From: Nitrosopumilus sp.
GTDB lineage: Archaea; Thermoproteota; Nitrososphaeria; Nitrososphaerales; Nitrosopumilaceae
Length of the DNA stretch: 64,000 nt
Direction: 5' to 3'
NCBI GenBank assembly: GCA_965214775.1
Contig: OZ243974.1
Span: 2,769,657-2,833,656, forward strand
Below, in pieces: positions 63,621 to 64,000 of this stretch. Each line of letters starts with the position of its first letter. The stretch's first letter is position 1. The translations under genes and the position numbers were made by a program. The notes beneath the pieces were generated by a model. The model was not told the origin of the DNA, searched no databases, and worked only from the letters and a program-made list of their open reading frames with translations.

Positions 63621-64000
63621 CATCTGCGTTCCTCTCCATCCATTTTGGGTTCTTCCTCCTGATCGCTTCCGTTGCCTCCTTGCTTCTAAACGCCAGAAGC
63701 GGCGTCTCACAGTTGGCAATGTCAAGCGAAAAGTGGGGGCCTTCTCTCGTTGTAATAGTCCACGTACTGCCTCAGGCCGTCATAATGCCCTATCTCCTCC
63801 TCGATGGTGCGATGGAGCCTCTCCAGCTTGCCGTTGGTCTGCGGGTGGCAGGGCCCGGTGTTTATCAGGATGATGTCCCGTGTAAGCAGCTCCTCCTCAA
63901 AGAGCGTGGGCTGCCACGTCCCCCCGCCGCCGATGCGGCCTTTGGAGGCTGCTGCCTTTTTTCTGCCGTTCTGTCCTACAAAGCACGAGCCATTGTCAGA
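63621..64000 (-). pseudogene. IS481-family transposase C-terminal fragment running off the window
   Basis: SDNGSCF, FEEELL, HPQTNGKLERLHRTIEEE, NPKWMER on the minus strand. Confidence 0.8.

Noticed and set aside
1-64000. TnpB/IscB, reverse transcriptase, cas or rRNA genes
   Set aside because: No supporting motifs seen in any ORF or intergenic region

Overview
Archaeal DNA, most likely Nitrosopumilaceae (Thaumarchaeota). The evidence is rps24e/rps27ae/rps8e, aIF5A, aIF1A, SRP54, Pus10, Dph6, ThiDN, an intron-containing tRNA-Tyr and a CFI-box-CTERM surface protein. Short core-gene blocks (7.3-14.3, 21-25, 33.4-34.8, 42-46.9 kb) are separated by dense mobile DNA. By my coordinate tally about 25 kb (roughly 40%) is IS-derived: IS630 (triply nested), IS481, single-ORF IS66, IS5/ISL2-like, IS3, IS110 and several MITEs. 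The strongest signal is a family of about 480-bp non-autonomous IS110 mini-elements (14863-15349, 18281-18758, 61634-62120). They have lost most of the recombinase but keep a structured left end with two internal loops whose strands match the flanking target and the element's own end. This is a readable archaeal bridge-RNA-like guide, and all three copies sit in the left ends of other IS elements. Also seen: two composite transposons with target-site duplications carrying toxin-antitoxin cargo (PIN three-gene cassette; AbiE type IV), an IS630 that duplicates CG instead of TA, an AT-rich HEPN three-gene cassette, a tRNA-linked integrase island with a repeat-tailed S1 protease, and a 1884-aa adhesin-like protein. 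All family calls come from motif recognition by eye, with no database searches.
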